DNA of 63,836 nucleotides, counting the filler, from Rhabdomonas costata (Eukaryota), in the NCBI GenBank assembly GCA_019059605.1. It is 24 parts of 24 records of this genome, joined end to end, with 100 filler letters (N's around TTAATTAATTAA, not from the genome) between each part and the next. Parts side by side here need not be neighbours in the genome. Positions count along the whole stretch, not along the records: positions 61,276 to 63,836 come from JAHMHO010002852.1; 23 more parts are not named here. One strand, 5' to 3'. A program made the translations under genes and the position numbers. This document shows positions 61,717-63,836 of the stretch, in pieces. The notes beneath the pieces are model-generated. The model had not been told where the DNA came from. It did no database searches and was given only the letters and a program-made list of their open reading frames with translations. How positions within the stretch are numbered: the stretch's first letter is position 1; the number at the start of each line of letters is the position of its first letter.

Positions 61717-63836
61717 GGAGCTTCAGCTCCGGTTCGGCTTCGGATACGGCTCCACAATTCAACTGGGAAAAACGGCTTCAAATAAGGGTCCACACATAAA
61801 CAGTGTAAGGGTCATTCACAGAAACACAGTGTTTGATAGCGCTCAGGAGTCAGGAGGGTGGCTAAGAGGTCGGTATCAGAGGAGCGTTATAGAGCAATGT
61901 GGCGAGATGAGCACAAGAAACAAGCCATCAACATTATATCATTCATCGCTTCGCTTCCTAACCCCATTCTAAATGTTCTAGTGGAATCCCAGAGACACAA
62001 CATCGCTTCCCAACCCCCCGTGGAGCCTTTTCCGAAGCCGAACGGGAGCTTTTAATGAATAAGAAACGACCTGAAATGGAATGAAAAGTAAGTCTCTTTT
62101 TACCACCCCTAAACCCCCTGGAAGTCCAAAAGGGAACATATTGGGAACATTTTTTCCATCTCATTTTTGATGTGGCACGGCATTGTGGCGCGGGTCACGT
62201 CAAAATTCTTCTGCAAAATTGACCACGTAACCTCGAAAGCGGGATGTAATGACACTCATAAAGTCGTTTTGATGTCCGAAAAGGGCTGAAAATTCATTTA
62301 AAAATACCCCATAAAGTCGCGTGCCAAGAGAGAAAACCATGTCGCTATGTCGCCTTCTCAGTCTGCCGTTTGCGAAGATACATGTTCCCAACAACCATGC
62401 TATTCAAATGGAACATTTCAGCAGAAATTCCACAGCAGATTTTCCCTAGGAAATACCGTTTGTACGGTAAAACGCTTCATTTATAGGGAGCTCCCCGTCA
62501 ATGGGGTTCGGAAGGGTTTGTGCACTAACAACTCAGCTGCTCCGCACTACCCTCCCTCCATTCTCCTTTAATAGCACCTGTGAAAATCACCGAGTGTTTG
62601 CTCTATGTTCCGTCCTGCCCGCTTCAGGCATTACGCAGAGCAGGATTGCCAGGAGACAGAGGCATCAGCTCCAGCTCAGCTAGTGCGCTTTACCCCACAG
62701 AAACAGACACTATAGACTCCCAAGGACGTTGCAGAGGTGCGGTGCAAATGGTTCCCACTTTCCTTCGCACCTTGAGCAATAGACAAGACCAGCGCCGTCA
62801 GCGCGTGAAGCCCTCTAGCGAGCTGCTGCACAGAGGGCACTCCCTCTTCCGCCATAATGAGGAGCGATGGGAAGGGGGCGGCTAAATGTCCACACAGAGC
62901 TGTCTACTGCAGGCACAACCCACCTCACTGAAGACAAGGAAGGGCTCCTGGAATCGGTACAGAAAGGCATCAACGCGGGCAAGTGAGAAAGAACCTACCC
63001 TCTCGCCCCTTCCAAATACAACCGTCGGTGTACCCCACAGTACATTCATTTCCACGCCAACTGCGCGCATTCAGTCGCTTCCTTGTCTACCCCGATGTTG
63101 TAAGCCTGGCCGCGGCCCCCTTCCTTCCCAGAAGAACACAAAAGCTAACTATTTCAGCCCAACCTTCATCCAACCTAACGCCTCTCTCGCAAAAGTGATG
63201 CGAACGCGGCCATGGTTGGAATCTCTCCTGAGGAAACTGCCCATGAACCTGGTGAGGGTATTATATATGTGTGTGTCAGTGGCCTGAGGAAAAGTGAACC
63301 TTGCGGGAATCTGCATTTGCACCTGAACTGAGGCAAGGCATATCCCTAATTTCGCACCCAGTCGACCACCCCAAAAAGTAGTCCCCCCCCCACACACACT
63401 GCTTCAAAAGAAAGAACATGCGTGCTCAATGTTCATCAGGTCAGTATTTAAGCGCAGAACCCGCTTTGCGCGGGTCGTCATCGTCACTCGCACGGGTGGG
63501 CACTCTGACGTGACCTTAACCCGGACCACGCAGCTACTCCCAGCCCAGGCCAGGCCGAGCGTAAACCATTTTGGGAAGACAAAAGGCAGCTCTCTCCCTG
63601 CACCGAAGACACCCCGCCGGGCACCCCTTTGCTCCTTCCCAAATTTTGGATAGCACACAGTCAGATCGACGAACCAGAACCGGTATGAATGCTCCAAAAA
63701 CCAAGTTGGTGTTTCTTCCCTGTGAAACCACGGGGGTGATGGGTGAAATAAACGTGTCCACATATATATCATATTACCTTTGGATATGTTTGGGTGAATA
63801 TGTTATATATGTGGACACGTTTATTTAACCCACCAC

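Noticed and set aside
1-63836. Alternative genetic code, euglenid-type non-conventional introns, rRNA/tRNA/SL RNA genes, prokaryotic operons
   Set aside because: Conserved exons translate cleanly in the standard code, every junction I could reconstruct fits GT/GC-AG, and no RNA gene or operon was recognised by eye. A covariance-model search was not run.

Overview
This is not one locus. It is 24 unrelated contigs of about 2.56 kb, of near-identical length as in a size-sorted assembly, joined by an artificial 100-nt spacer (N44-TTAATTAATTAA-N44), so synteny across spacers means nothing. The DNA is from an intron-rich eukaryote, probably a protist; a euglenozoan-like origin is only a weak inference. 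Splicing exons by hand gives fragments of a MAP2K-like kinase, a HECT ligase, a DEP-domain protein, a hemerythrin domain, an F-box/SPRY protein, a GT10 fucosyltransferase, 5-oxoprolinase, a Ser/Thr kinase, a KIF28-like kinesin tail, a jacalin lectin, a LicD protein, MROH1, an IP3-receptor-like channel and a class III nucleotide cyclase. There is also an intronless F-box protein with 20 LRRs, two signal-peptide-bearing NodU/CmcH-type carbamoyltransferases, and decayed LINE and Merlin elements. The best candidate for new biology is a possibly expanded family of secretory-pathway O-carbamoyltransferases, which may carbamoylate surface glycans. Also notable are frequent GC-AG introns with a weak donor consensus and an F-box LRR protein with a hypervariable binding face. 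All family calls come from motif recognition by eye; no searches were run.
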